Shown here: positions 8,401-16,723 of the stretch, in pieces
Position numbering within the stretch: the stretch's first letter is position 1
Layout of the letters: each line of letters begins with the position of its first letter
Origin: Candidatus Micrarchaeota archaeon
GTDB lineage: Archaea > Micrarchaeota > Micrarchaeia > Anstonellales > Anstonellaceae
Reading direction: 5' to 3'
Assembly (NCBI GenBank): GCA_026414185.1
Contig: JAOAJL010000001.1
Span: 545 to 64,544 of the forward strand
DNA length: 64,000 nucleotides
The notes under the pieces: generated by a model
What the model was told of the DNA's origin: nothing
What the model saw: only the letters and a program-made list of their open reading frames with translations
Databases searched by the model: none
Made by a program: the position numbers and the translations under genes

Positions 8401-9117
8401 CTACTCTGTTTTAAGGAAGAGGAATTTTTTTGCCGCCACTCTGACGCGCAAAGGGTGCTTTTGGGAAAGCCAGCCGACAACCTGCCCGTCAACGAAAATC
8501 TGAGCAGGCTCTTTTCCCACTATCCAGACTGAAGATTTTCTGCTTGCTGACAGGATGAGCGGCTCAAACGCCCTGCGAAACGGCGCTATCGCAACTGCCT
8601 GATAGCTATTCTCTTTTGGATTCATCTGCCTCCCGCCGCAGGAGTAGCAGTAGGCGGGGGAGCCGGTCGGGGTGGAAAAAATCAGCCCGTCTGCGCGGAA
8701 GGCAAACCTCTGTCCGCCTGCTACAAGGTAGACTGAAAGCACTCGCGGCTGAGGGTTTCTTATGCCCACTTCGTTGAGGGCAAGCGGTAGCTTTTTTTTG
8801 CCTGCAGACGCCTCCAGGAGAAGCCGCTTTTCAATCCTGCCTCTTGATATGGCGCGCGAAAGCTTCTGCCTCCAATCTGAGAATGTCGCCTGGCAGATGA
8901 ACGATGTCTTGCTCCCCACTGAGAAAAACGGCTTTCCGTAGTGCTTCTTTGAAAAAAGCACCGTGCCGTCCCCTCCCAGCGTGATGATGAGTTGCGGGTT
9001 TTTTTGCGAGATGCTTATGCCCCGCAGGCGAAGGAATTCCAAGACCTCTTGCTTTGCCTTCAGAGCGGCAGGCTTCTTGCGGTTTGCGATTACGGTTGCT
9101 GTTGAGATTCTTTTCAT
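8401..9117 (-). CDS. nadK: NAD(+) kinase
   Basis: 238 aa. GGDGT motif (ITLGGDGTVLF), NE....R and later the Gly-rich PTGSPAYCYSCGG (the TGSTAY-like motif) of ATP-NAD kinases. Confidence 0.8.
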   Translation of the reverse strand: MKRISTATVIANRKKPAALKAKQEVLEFLRLRGISISQKNPQLIITLGGDGTVLFSKKHYGKPFFSVGSKTSFICQATFSDWRQKLSRAISRGRIEKRLLLEASAGKKKLPLALNEVGIRNPQPRVLSVYLVAGGQRFAFRADGLIFSTPTGSPAYCYSCGGRQMNPKENSYQAVAIAPFRRAFEPLILSASRKSSVWIVGKEPAQIFVDGQVVGWLSQKHPLRVRVAAKKFLFLKTE

Positions 9118-9130
9118 CTTTTCCCTTTGC

Positions 9131-10030
9131 CTAAATTTTGAATTTCTCGGTTATGAAGCGCCTTGAGGGAAGGGACTGCGCGCCTTTCCGCAGGACCTTT
9201 GCCGCCGCCACCGCAGAGGCAAAGCGCACGGACTCGTAAAGGGAGCGCTTTTCCATTATGCCTGTTATGAAGCCTGCGCAAAAGGCGTCTCCCGCCCCCA
9301 GAGTATCAACCGGTTTGACGTGGAATGGCTCCACCTTGAAAGAGGATGCCTGCCGGGTTTTGACGATGGTTTCCCGGCTTCCCTGCTTTATGACTGCCAC
9401 GAGGTTGTATTTGCGCGCAAGCCGCTCCGCCTCGGACTCGTCGCGGCTTCCTGTGAGGGCGAAAAGCTCCTTCCGGTTTATTATTAGGAAATCCACGCGC
9501 GACAGCACTCTGTGAAGAGCCCTTTCTCCAAGGTGGGATGCCGCCCTGCCAGGGTCAAACGAGATTGGCAGACCTGCCTTGCTTGCTATTTTGCTTGCGG
9601 ATTCAAGAAGATGCAGGGCGCAGCCTGACATGTGCAGAAACTCCGCGCCCCGTATGTAGTCCTTGTCTATCGCCCTTCTCCTGTCTGCGACGCCGAAGTC
9701 TTCAATCACCCTGACTTCGCCTTGTGCATCTATTATTATCACCGAAAGCCCTGACATGCCCCGAAATATGCGGACCTGCGAGGTGTCCACCTTGAAGCGC
9801 CTGAGCTCTTCAAGCAGGAATTTTCCGTGCCTGTCATTGCCAACGTTGCCTACAACCCCTGCGGCTATGCCAAGCTTGCACAGATTCACTGCTATGTTTG
9901 CCGCAGATCCGCCCCCGCCTGCCTTCGGGTGCATGCGCATTACTGCGGTGTGGTCTGGCTCGGGAAACGCCTGGACGTAATTACGTATGTCATAGACTAT
10001 GTGCCCAACCGTCACCGCGCGAGGCTGCAT
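9131..10030 (-). CDS. PfkB-family carbohydrate/nucleoside kinase
   Basis: GGGSAANIAV (N-terminal GG motif) and DTLGAGDAFCAGF (PfkB signature 2). Start taken at ATG 10030 (MQPRAVTVGHIVYD), which removes the overlap with the divergent gene. Confidence 0.75.
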   Translation of the reverse strand: MQPRAVTVGHIVYDIRNYVQAFPEPDHTAVMRMHPKAGGGGSAANIAVNLCKLGIAAGVVGNVGNDRHGKFLLEELRRFKVDTSQVRIFRGMSGLSVIIIDAQGEVRVIEDFGVADRRRAIDKDYIRGAEFLHMSGCALHLLESASKIASKAGLPISFDPGRAASHLGERALHRVLSRVDFLIINRKELFALTGSRDESEAERLARKYNLVAVIKQGSRETIVKTRQASSFKVEPFHVKPVDTLGAGDAFCAGFITGIMEKRSLYESVRFASAVAAAKVLRKGAQSLPSRRFITEKFKI

Positions 10031-10114
10031 GAGAGAATGTCGGGCGGGATGTTTTAAAGATTGACGGGCAAAAGGCTGGCGCAAGAAAGCTGGCTTGGCT
10101 TTTTAGTGATTTGG

Positions 10115-11095
10115 ATGGATGAGCTTGAAAGGAGGCTTCGGCAGGCGCTTGGTGAAAAATACGAAAAGGCGCTGTCGGCAAAAATTTCAATGTTCGGCGG
10201 GCTTCTGACGAAGGAGGCGGCAATCCGCCTGCTTTGCAAGGAAAACGGGATTGACGCGGAGCAGAAATTAGGGCTTGGGCAGGCGCTTAAAAGCACCCTT
10301 CCTTTCAGCTTTGCGGCAAAGATTGACAGGATATTTCCGGTCCAGAAATACCGCAACGGTGCCGGTTGCCTAGTCAGATTGCATATTTCAGATGAAACAG
10401 GCTCTGCCGTGCTGGTGCTTTGGAACGAGCAGGCTGCGCTTGTCCAGGGGAAGATAGCCGCAGGCGATACTGTTGAATGCAGCGGGGCTTATGTGAAAGG
10501 GGGAGAAATCCACATAGGGAGGGGCGGCTCAATAAGGAAAATCCAAAGCGCGCCTCTGCGCAGTGTCTCACAGCTCAGCGCAGGATTGTGCAACGTCGTC
10601 GGGGTGGTTGGGGAGATTGAGCCTGACTACGCATACATAGACAAAAAAAGCGGCAGGCAGAGGAAAATGTCCTCGTTTCTGCTGTGCGAAAGCGCAGGGA
10701 AAAAGGAGTGCAGGCGGGTGGTGATATGGTCCGCCCCGGAAGGCACGCCTGGAATCTTTGAGGGCGACTATCTTCTTCTTGAAAATGTTCTTTTCAAAAA
10801 CGGCGAGCTGCATTTCAACTTCGGCTCGCGGATGGTTGTCTTGAGCTCGCCTTCTGAGTTCTGCGGGCGCGTTGAATCCTTTCTGGCAAAGGGAGATAGT
10901 GTTGAGATGAGGGTTGGCAAAAGGGACTTTTTGCTTGATGAAAGCTCTGCGCTTCGCCTTCTTGGAATCCGAGCTGTTGAGGGGGCAAAGCCATCCACCC
11001 TCCTTTCAATTAAGGGCGGCTATCTCGTAGGCAAAAAGGTGAAAATAAGGCTGGAAAATGACTTTCCGGCAGAGCTTTCGCTGGAGAAAGGCTGA
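10115..11095 (+). CDS. OB-fold protein, probable RPA-like single-stranded DNA-binding protein
   Basis: The N-terminus (...MFGGLLTKEAAIRLLCKENGID) resembles the conserved leader of euryarchaeal-type RPA. It is followed by OB-like segments (ISDETGSAVLVLWNEQAALVQGKIAAGDTVECSGAYVKGGEIHIG). From memory of family patterns only. Confidence 0.5.
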   Translation: MDELERRLRQALGEKYEKALSAKISMFGGLLTKEAAIRLLCKENGIDAEQKLGLGQALKSTLPFSFAAKIDRIFPVQKYRNGAGCLVRLHISDETGSAVLVLWNEQAALVQGKIAAGDTVECSGAYVKGGEIHIGRGGSIRKIQSAPLRSVSQLSAGLCNVVGVVGEIEPDYAYIDKKSGRQRKMSSFLLCESAGKKECRRVVIWSAPEGTPGIFEGDYLLLENVLFKNGELHFNFGSRMVVLSSPSEFCGRVESFLAKGDSVEMRVGKRDFLLDESSALRLLGIRAVEGAKPSTLLSIKGGYLVGKKVKIRLENDFPAELSLEKG

Positions 11096-11121
11096 AAAAA
11101 GAAAAGAAGAGAAAACACGGC

Positions 11122-11577
11122 TCAGGAGTACTTGCCCACGAGGTTCTTTGCGCCGTAGAATGTGGTGTTGATGCCTGCCGGTGTTGTATAGGTTATGGAA
11201 ACGTTCAGGTCGTATATTGAGCCTGCGGCTCCTCCTGGCGCATTTGCATAGAAGACCTTTGTTTCGCCTGGGGCGACGGTAGTGGAATATGGAGTGTAGT
11301 TGTTGAAGATGCGGATGTCTGTTATTGTGTAAGTGCCTGAGGCATCATTGTTCTGGATGACGAGAGTGGCGTTACCTGTTGCGCCGACAACCCTGTATTC
11401 CTGTATTGAAAGCGGCCTTACCTCTTTCCAGTAAGAAACCGACTGCGTTATCTTGGCGTCAGTGGCAAGCCCGGGAAAGAACCCAAGCAGGGCGATTGAG
11501 ACCAAAGCCACAATCAGCACCACTGCCAGCAGAACAAGATATTCTGTTGCGCCTTGCCCTTTCATGAATCCCATCAA
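11122..11577 (-). CDS. Type IV pilin-like protein (class III signal peptide, DUF361/Epd type), copy 1
   Basis: MMGFMKG/QGATEYLVLLAVVLIVALVSIALLGFFPG: a short basic leader, Gly-1, Gln+1, Glu+5 and a ~25-aa hydrophobic helix, then a beta-rich domain with N-x-S/T sequons. Starts 9 nt after the stop of copy 2. Confidence 0.7.
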   Translation of the reverse strand: MMGFMKGQGATEYLVLLAVVLIVALVSIALLGFFPGLATDAKITQSVSYWKEVRPLSIQEYRVVGATGNATLVIQNNDASGTYTITDIRIFNNYTPYSTTVAPGETKVFYANAPGGAAGSIYDLNVSITYTTPAGINTTFYGAKNLVGKYS

Positions 11578-11583
11578 AATCCC
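11477..11583 (-). repeat. 107-bp near-identical block (pilin 5' end + 6 nt leader), copy 1
   Basis: 11477..11583 equals 11957..12063 with a single mismatch (11542 T vs 12022 C). The offset is exactly 480 bp. Confidence 0.9.
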
Positions 11584-11586
11584 TCC

Positions 11587-12057
11587 TTATGTGTATTTTC
11601 CTACGAGGTTCTTTGAAGCGTAGAATGTCATGTTAATTCCAGTAGGCGTGGTGTAAGATATGTTCACTGGAAAATCGTATACCGACCCTGCCGAACCGGT
11701 GGTTAGACCTGAAAGTGGAAGGGACTTTATCTCCCCGGGGGCAAACGAAACCCCTGTTGTGCTGTTTGACCAGTAGCCCTGAGGCCCGATTTGGAGCTTT
11801 GTAATTGAATATGTGCCTGAGGCATCCACATTCTGCACCACTGCGGTTCCTGCACCACTTGAGCCGATTACCGTGTATTCCAGGATGGCAAACGGTCTTG
11901 TTCCCTTCCAGTAGGATGCAGACTGCGTTATTTTCGCGTCAAGAGCAATCCCGGGGAAGAACCCAAGCAGGGCGATTGAGACCAAAGCCACAATCAGCAC
12001 CACTGCCAGCAGAACAAGATACTCTGTTGCGCCTTGCCCTTTCATGAATCCCATCAA
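11587..12057 (-). CDS. Type IV pilin-like protein (class III signal peptide, DUF361/Epd type), copy 2
   Basis: The first 36 aa are identical to copy 1. The central domain is divergent. The C-terminus is similar (TFYASKNLVGKYT vs TFYGAKNLVGKYS). Confidence 0.7.
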   Translation of the reverse strand: MMGFMKGQGATEYLVLLAVVLIVALVSIALLGFFPGIALDAKITQSASYWKGTRPFAILEYTVIGSSGAGTAVVQNVDASGTYSITKLQIGPQGYWSNSTTGVSFAPGEIKSLPLSGLTTGSAGSVYDFPVNISYTTPTGINMTFYASKNLVGKYT

Positions 12058-12063
12058 AATCCC
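11957..12063 (-). repeat. 107-bp near-identical block (pilin 5' end + 6 nt leader), copy 2
   Basis: See copy 1. The flanking sequence diverges quickly outside the block. Confidence 0.9.
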
Positions 12064-12180
12064 CCCGCAAGCAATTGCCTGCTTAGGTCGCTACAGACAC
12101 AAAACGAATGGGGCATATAAAAAGGTTTCTCTTCCTTTCTCAAACAAAGCGTTAAAAGGGATTGATGCGACGTGGTTGCC

Positions 12181-13455
12181 ATGCGGGTGATTTTTGCAGC
12201 TTTGGCTTGTGCTCTGCTTCTTTTTTCCAGCCTGTTGCAGGCGGGCTACACCGAGCGGCTGACTGTGCAGGTTTTTGACCAGCAGCTTCGGCCTGTTGAG
12301 GGAGCAGCAGTCTATGTGGAGCATGAGCTGAACTCTGTGCAGGGAAACGTCAAGACAAAGCCGAAATTCACCAATTCATCCGGGCTTGTGGATTTGGTGT
12401 TCACGAACTACGAGCAGATACCCTCCGAGACCTCATACAGCTACAAGCTTTATGTCAAGTACGGCGACCAGCTCAAAACGTATTCTCTTATTGCGGATGA
12501 TGACTTTGAGAGGCAGAAGGTGGTAAGCGCAGAGGTTGTTTCCTACTTTGTGCTGATAAGCGTCCATGACCAGAAGGGCGCTCCCCTTGATGCGCTTGTC
12601 CAGGTTGGAGATGCAGTAAAAAAGACTGACGAGTATGGAAGGGCGCTTTTCCAGCTTGCCCCCGGCAACTACGACATACGCGTTGAGCAAGACGGGCATC
12701 TTGTCACAAGCGCAGTTAAGGCAGACATGGACCGCTCCGTTGACTTGACAATAGGGCTTTACAACCTGAGGGTGTCTGTCAGGGATGACCAGCGCAAGCC
12801 TCTTTTGGCAAGCGTGAGCGCGGGTGGGCAGACCGTCAAGACCGACAAGGATGGTGTTGCGGATTTCTACAACCTCACCGAGCAGAAGCCCGAGGTGACA
12901 GTGGTCTATCGCGATTCAATAAAGCGCATAGCTGTTGATCTTGCGCGCCAGAATTCCGTTGAATTCACGTTTGACTTGGTGAAGCCGAAGGTGAAGGAGC
13001 TTCATGCCGTCGTCGGTGCTGATGGCGGGGCGACAGTGGGCGTTTTCGTGGAAGACCCCGGCTCTTCCGCCTCTGGCATAGACACTGTCTTGGTTTCCTA
13101 TGACGTTGGCGGTGTGGAAAGCAGGGTGCCTGCCTATGCTGCTGGCTACAACACTTTTGAGGCAAGGATTCCGCCGCAGCCGGAAGGGACGCTTGTCCGC
13201 TACAGCGTCAAGGTGGTGGACAAGGACGGCAACGTGGGCTTCGGAAGCGGCACCTATTTCATCCCGATTTCAAAAAAGGAGGAGGCTGAAGCGCCGCAGC
13301 CGCAAAAACAGGAAGGGTTTGAGCTCTCAAAAGTTCCGCTGGAAACGCTTCTTTTGGGAATCGTCTTCGTGGTGGCGGTTGCCTATGGCGCAATTTATTA
13401 CCTGCGGAAGAAAGACGAGGCAATGCCGCCGCAGCCGCCATCCATCCCCAAGTAG
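12181..13455 (+). CDS. Secreted, C-terminally anchored protein with repeated carboxypeptidase-regulatory-like beta-sandwich domains
   Basis: Sec-type signal MRVIFAALACALLLFSSLLQA. Repeats carry the TD..G.A.F...PG.Y motif (KKTDEYGRALFQLAPGNYDIRVE; VKTDKDGVADFYNL). TM LLLGIVFVVAVAYGAIYYL + RKKDE tail. Divergent from the pilin pair. Confidence 0.6.
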   Translation: MRVIFAALACALLLFSSLLQAGYTERLTVQVFDQQLRPVEGAAVYVEHELNSVQGNVKTKPKFTNSSGLVDLVFTNYEQIPSETSYSYKLYVKYGDQLKTYSLIADDDFERQKVVSAEVVSYFVLISVHDQKGAPLDALVQVGDAVKKTDEYGRALFQLAPGNYDIRVEQDGHLVTSAVKADMDRSVDLTIGLYNLRVSVRDDQRKPLLASVSAGGQTVKTDKDGVADFYNLTEQKPEVTVVYRDSIKRIAVDLARQNSVEFTFDLVKPKVKELHAVVGADGGATVGVFVEDPGSSASGIDTVLVSYDVGGVESRVPAYAAGYNTFEARIPPQPEGTLVRYSVKVVDKDGNVGFGSGTYFIPISKKEEAEAPQPQKQEGFELSKVPLETLLLGIVFVVAVAYGAIYYLRKKDEAMPPQPPSIPK

Positions 13456-13503
13456 GCTTGCGGTCCCGCCATTCTAATATTTCTTTTGCTTCCAAACTTT
13501 TTT

Positions 13504-13669
13504 GCAGAGGTGGCGGAGCCAGGTTAAACGCGCCAGACTCAAGACACCGCGCCCGGCATCTTCATGAGCACGGGCAGGCATGTTGGGAAATCCCGCATTG
13601 CTTTTTGCAATTGCGCAATAAGCAATCTGGTGGCTTAGGCCTTCGGGAGTTCGAATCTCCCCCTCTGCA
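13504..13669 (+). tRNA. tRNA-Leu(CAA) with an 81-nt intron at the canonical 37/38 position
   Basis: Acceptor GCAGAGG/CCTCTGC. 3-bp D stem with a GG loop. Anticodon stem CCAGA(13533-37)/TCTGG(13626-30), loop CTCAAG+A. Long variable arm GGC-TTA-GCC. T arm GGGAG-TTCGAAT-CTCCC. Discriminator A. No encoded CCA. Confidence 0.9.
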
Positions 13670-14236
13670 CTATTTCCTTGCGACTTTCAGGAAATTTGCG
13701 TAAATTTCGCTTCCGTATTCCGTGTGCTCCACTTCCGGATGGAAAAGGCAGCCGTAGATCGGGCGCGAAAGGGACTTGAAAGCGTGATTGGAGCAGTCCT
13801 TGCTGTGCGCAAGAACGCGAAAGCCCGGGGTGTCAACCACCTCGTCGTTGTGCGAAGCCCAGACTGTGAAGCGGTCGGGTAGCCCTTCAAAAAGCTCGTT
13901 GTGCTCATCCACAAAAAGCTCCACCTTCCCAAACTCTGCCCCACGGGCAGGCCTGGCTTTGCCGCCAAAATGCATGCCTATGAACTGCTGCCCCGCGCAG
14001 ATGCCCATTATCGGACCTTCAAAGCTATCTATGAACTTTGCGGCGTTGCCGATTTTTTTCGTGTCGCCCAATCCTATGCGGATCGCCCCTCCTGAAAAAA
14101 CAAGCGCGTCTGCCTTCAGCACTTCTTTGACAGGCGTGCTGACTGGGATTATCTGCGAGTGCGCATCCAGGTATTTTAGTGTCCTGTGTATCCGGTGCGT
14201 CCATTGCGAGCCGAAATCCACTATGAGAACTTCCAT
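13670..14236 (-). CDS. guaAA: GMP synthase, glutamine amidotransferase subunit (subunit A)
   Basis: Class I GATase: GICAGQQ nucleophile elbow and the HPEV His-Glu motif. Directly downstream of the ATP-pyrophosphatase subunit, which is the archaeal split arrangement. ATG 14236 is preferred over the overlapping GTG 14278. Confidence 0.85.
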   Translation of the reverse strand: MEVLIVDFGSQWTHRIHRTLKYLDAHSQIIPVSTPVKEVLKADALVFSGGAIRIGLGDTKKIGNAAKFIDSFEGPIMGICAGQQFIGMHFGGKARPARGAEFGKVELFVDEHNELFEGLPDRFTVWASHNDEVVDTPGFRVLAHSKDCSNHAFKSLSRPIYGCLFHPEVEHTEYGSEIYANFLKVARK

Positions 14237-14268
14237 GGGAACGACCGCCTCGGGCTTTTTTGCAGCCT

Positions 14269-15231
14269 TCACTCCCACTCAATGGTGCCGGGGGGCTTGG
14301 ATGTCATGTCATAAACCACTCTGTTGACGTGCTCTTTCAGCTCGCGCGTTATGCGCTCTGAGATGCGCTCCAGCACCTCAGGAGGAATCCTGCTTGCCTT
14401 GGCGGTCATGCCGTCTACGCTTTCCACCGCCCTCACAGCGACCGTCCAGCCGTATGCGCGCCTGTCTCCGAGCACGCCGACGCTTTTGATTGGCAGAAGA
14501 ACGGCAAAATACTGCCAGGGAAGTCCCATCTTTCCCTGCCTCCATGATGCGCAAATCTCCTCCTCAACTATCGCGCACGCCTCGCGCACCACCTCTGCCT
14601 TCTCTTCCGTCACCTCCCCCATGATGCGGACGGCAAGCCCTGGTCCTGGAAAGGGCTGCCGCTCTGAAAGCTCCTTTGGAAGCCCAAGAACGCGCGCGAC
14701 CTGCCGCACTTCGTCCTTGTAAAGCTCCCGCAGGGGCTCGCAAAGGCGCATGCCCATCTTCTTTGGAAGCCCGCCGACGTTGTGGTGGCTTTTTATGGTA
14801 TCGCGCAAGCCTGAGCCGGACTCAATCCAGTCCGGCGCGATTGTGCCTTGCACGAGGAACTTGCAGCCGCGCTTTTTTGCGATGGACTCAAAGACTGATA
14901 TGAACTCCTTTCCTATCGCCTTCCTTTTTCTTTCAGGCTCATGCAAGCCGCGCAGGGCTGAGAAGAATCTTTTGCGCGCATCAACGACCTCAACTCCGAC
15001 CCCGGCTTTTTTGAGGGCAAGGCTAACAAACTGAGCCTCGCCCTTTCTCATAAGCCCTGTGTCAACAAACACCGCGTGCGCCCTCTTCCCAATCGCCTTT
15101 GCGCAGAGGGCAGCCGCCACCGAGGAATCCACGCCCCCAGAAACCCCGACTATCGCCTTGCCTTTTCCGACTGTGGAGGAGATGAAATCCGTCGCCTCTG
15201 CAACGAAACGGTTCGGGTCAAATGGCACCAA
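14269..15231 (-). CDS. guaAB: GMP synthase, ATP pyrophosphatase subunit (subunit B)
   Basis: VGVSGGVDSSV PP-loop, and the C-terminal dimerisation domain ending PPGTIEWE. Confidence 0.9.
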   Translation of the reverse strand: MVPFDPNRFVAEATDFISSTVGKGKAIVGVSGGVDSSVAAALCAKAIGKRAHAVFVDTGLMRKGEAQFVSLALKKAGVGVEVVDARKRFFSALRGLHEPERKRKAIGKEFISVFESIAKKRGCKFLVQGTIAPDWIESGSGLRDTIKSHHNVGGLPKKMGMRLCEPLRELYKDEVRQVARVLGLPKELSERQPFPGPGLAVRIMGEVTEEKAEVVREACAIVEEEICASWRQGKMGLPWQYFAVLLPIKSVGVLGDRRAYGWTVAVRAVESVDGMTAKASRIPPEVLERISERITRELKEHVNRVVYDMTSKPPGTIEWE

Positions 15232-15243
15232 AACACGCTCCTT

Positions 15244-16317
15244 TCAGCTTTTGTGCTTCTTTTTGCGCTTCTTTGCGCCGCCCCCGCGCCGTAGCAAGAT
15301 GGCGGCTGCTGCGACAAGCAGGCTGACAAGCAGGGCGCCGCCCGCAATCCAGAGAATCCCAAGCTGGAGATTGTCTTGGGGCGCCCCTCTCTGCTCTTGC
15401 GGCAGCTGCGCTGGCGGCTGCTGCTGCGGCTCAGCAAAATCCGGTTTTTTCCCTTCTTCCTGCTTCGGTTGCGCGGTGGGGAGCGGAACTATTGTCTTTG
15501 ATGAGGCGTTCAGGTATGTGAAGATGTATTCGCCGCCTTCTGCGGCATTCAGCCTTGCCCTGCCTTGGCTGTCCGTCACAAGCTCAACCCTGCCTGATGG
15601 CGTGCTTGCCACCACCGTGGCGCTTGCCACTGGCGCGCCGCCCTGCGTGAGCAGAACCTCAATCAGCGACTTGAGGCTGGCTTGCGCAGGCGAGGAGAGG
15701 ATGGGCGGCTGGGGCGGGGCTTCCTTCTGCGGCTCCAGCGCCACATCAAGCTGCAGCGGCTCTGCGGCAAGCAGATTGGCTTTGAGGCTCTTGTTCTGAA
15801 AGCCTGGCGCAAAGAACACTATGTCATAGTCGCCTTCCGGGAGGAAGGAAAGGGTGTAAAGCCCATCTTTGTTTGCGGATGCGCGCCTTTGGACAAGCCC
15901 GCCTTTGTAGGCTGCGACGGAAACGTTGTAAAAGTTAGGCGGACCGCTTATCTGCCCGAAGACCGTGGAGTGTGAAATTGACTGCGACATCGTCAGAAGG
16001 ACGCTTGAGTCCTCCCTTACTTCAACAAGGGCGACGTGCAGGGGGTATGGGTAGCGGCGCAGGAGGACAAAATAGCTTCCTGATGTGACGTTAAAGCGCG
16101 CCTCGCCGGAGGAATTTGCCTTAATCATGGCAATCTCCACGCCGTTGCTCATGATGGAGATGTTCGTGCCGACGGCGGCAGTATCCTGCGTCACAGTAAC
16201 CTTGACATTCAGGATATAGGCATGCGCTTGAGGCAGGCTGGCTGCAAGCAACAAAAAGAGCGCGGCAAACAGGCGGCTTCTCACAATCATCACCATAGAG
16301 GGTTGGCATGCAAGCAA
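15244..16317 (-). CDS. Secreted, C-terminally anchored protein with carboxypeptidase-regulatory-like beta-sandwich repeats (follows the pilin-like operon)
   Basis: Signal ...RLFAALFLLLAASLPQAHA. Repeats SANKDGLYTLSFLPEGDYDIVFFAPGF and VTDSQGRARLNAAEGGEYIFTY. A Pro/Gln-rich stalk. TM ILWIAGGALLVSLLVAAAAILL + RRGGGAKKRKKKHKS. The start is ambiguous (Met at 16317, 16296 or 16290). Confidence 0.6.
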   Translation of the reverse strand: MLACQPSMVMIVRSRLFAALFLLLAASLPQAHAYILNVKVTVTQDTAAVGTNISIMSNGVEIAMIKANSSGEARFNVTSGSYFVLLRRYPYPLHVALVEVREDSSVLLTMSQSISHSTVFGQISGPPNFYNVSVAAYKGGLVQRRASANKDGLYTLSFLPEGDYDIVFFAPGFQNKSLKANLLAAEPLQLDVALEPQKEAPPQPPILSSPAQASLKSLIEVLLTQGGAPVASATVVASTPSGRVELVTDSQGRARLNAAEGGEYIFTYLNASSKTIVPLPTAQPKQEEGKKPDFAEPQQQPPAQLPQEQRGAPQDNLQLGILWIAGGALLVSLLVAAAAILLRRGGGAKKRKKKHKS

Positions 16318-16330
16318 TAAAAAGATGCCA

Positions 16331-16723
16331 TCAGCGCCAGCATCTCAGCGTGGCTTTTCTTGCCCCAAGCCCGTCATACACTGGAAACGAAAGTGCGACT
16401 GTCTGGCTTTCGGCGTCTGTTTCGCAGGAGGCGCTTTTTTCTGCCCCGTATTCTGCGGCAAAGCACAAGCCCGAAAGCTGCCGGAAGTCATTCAAGTCAG
16501 AATCAAGGGAGCCTGACGAAAAGGAGCGCATCTTTGAGAGGGCGACTGCCGCGTCCGCGCAAAGATAAAAGTCGCCGTCTTTTTGTGGCTGGGGGGAGAA
16601 CGCTTGCAGTGAGGCTGCCGCGGCAAGTAGCAGAATGAATGCTGTTGCTGCCTCAAGGGTCATGAGAAATCCGCTTTTCGCGCTTGCCGTCTTTTTTCTT
16701 TCTTGCCTGCTCATGAGACGCAC
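16331..16723 (-). CDS. Pilin-like protein A (class III signal peptide-like N-terminus)
   Basis: MRLMSRQERKKTASAKSG/FLMTLEAATAFILLLAAAASL. Overlaps the preceding gene by 13 nt. The C-terminal domain has 4 Cys and belongs to no family I recognise. Confidence 0.5.
   Translation of the reverse strand: MRLMSRQERKKTASAKSGFLMTLEAATAFILLLAAAASLQAFSPQPQKDGDFYLCADAAVALSKMRSFSSGSLDSDLNDFRQLSGLCFAAEYGAEKSASCETDAESQTVALSFPVYDGLGARKATLRCWR

Noticed and set aside
13544-13624. Possibility that the tRNA-Leu intron encodes a box C/D sRNA
   Set aside because: No RUGAUGA C box or CUGA D box is present. The closest match is TCATGAG, and there is no terminal stem bringing such boxes together.
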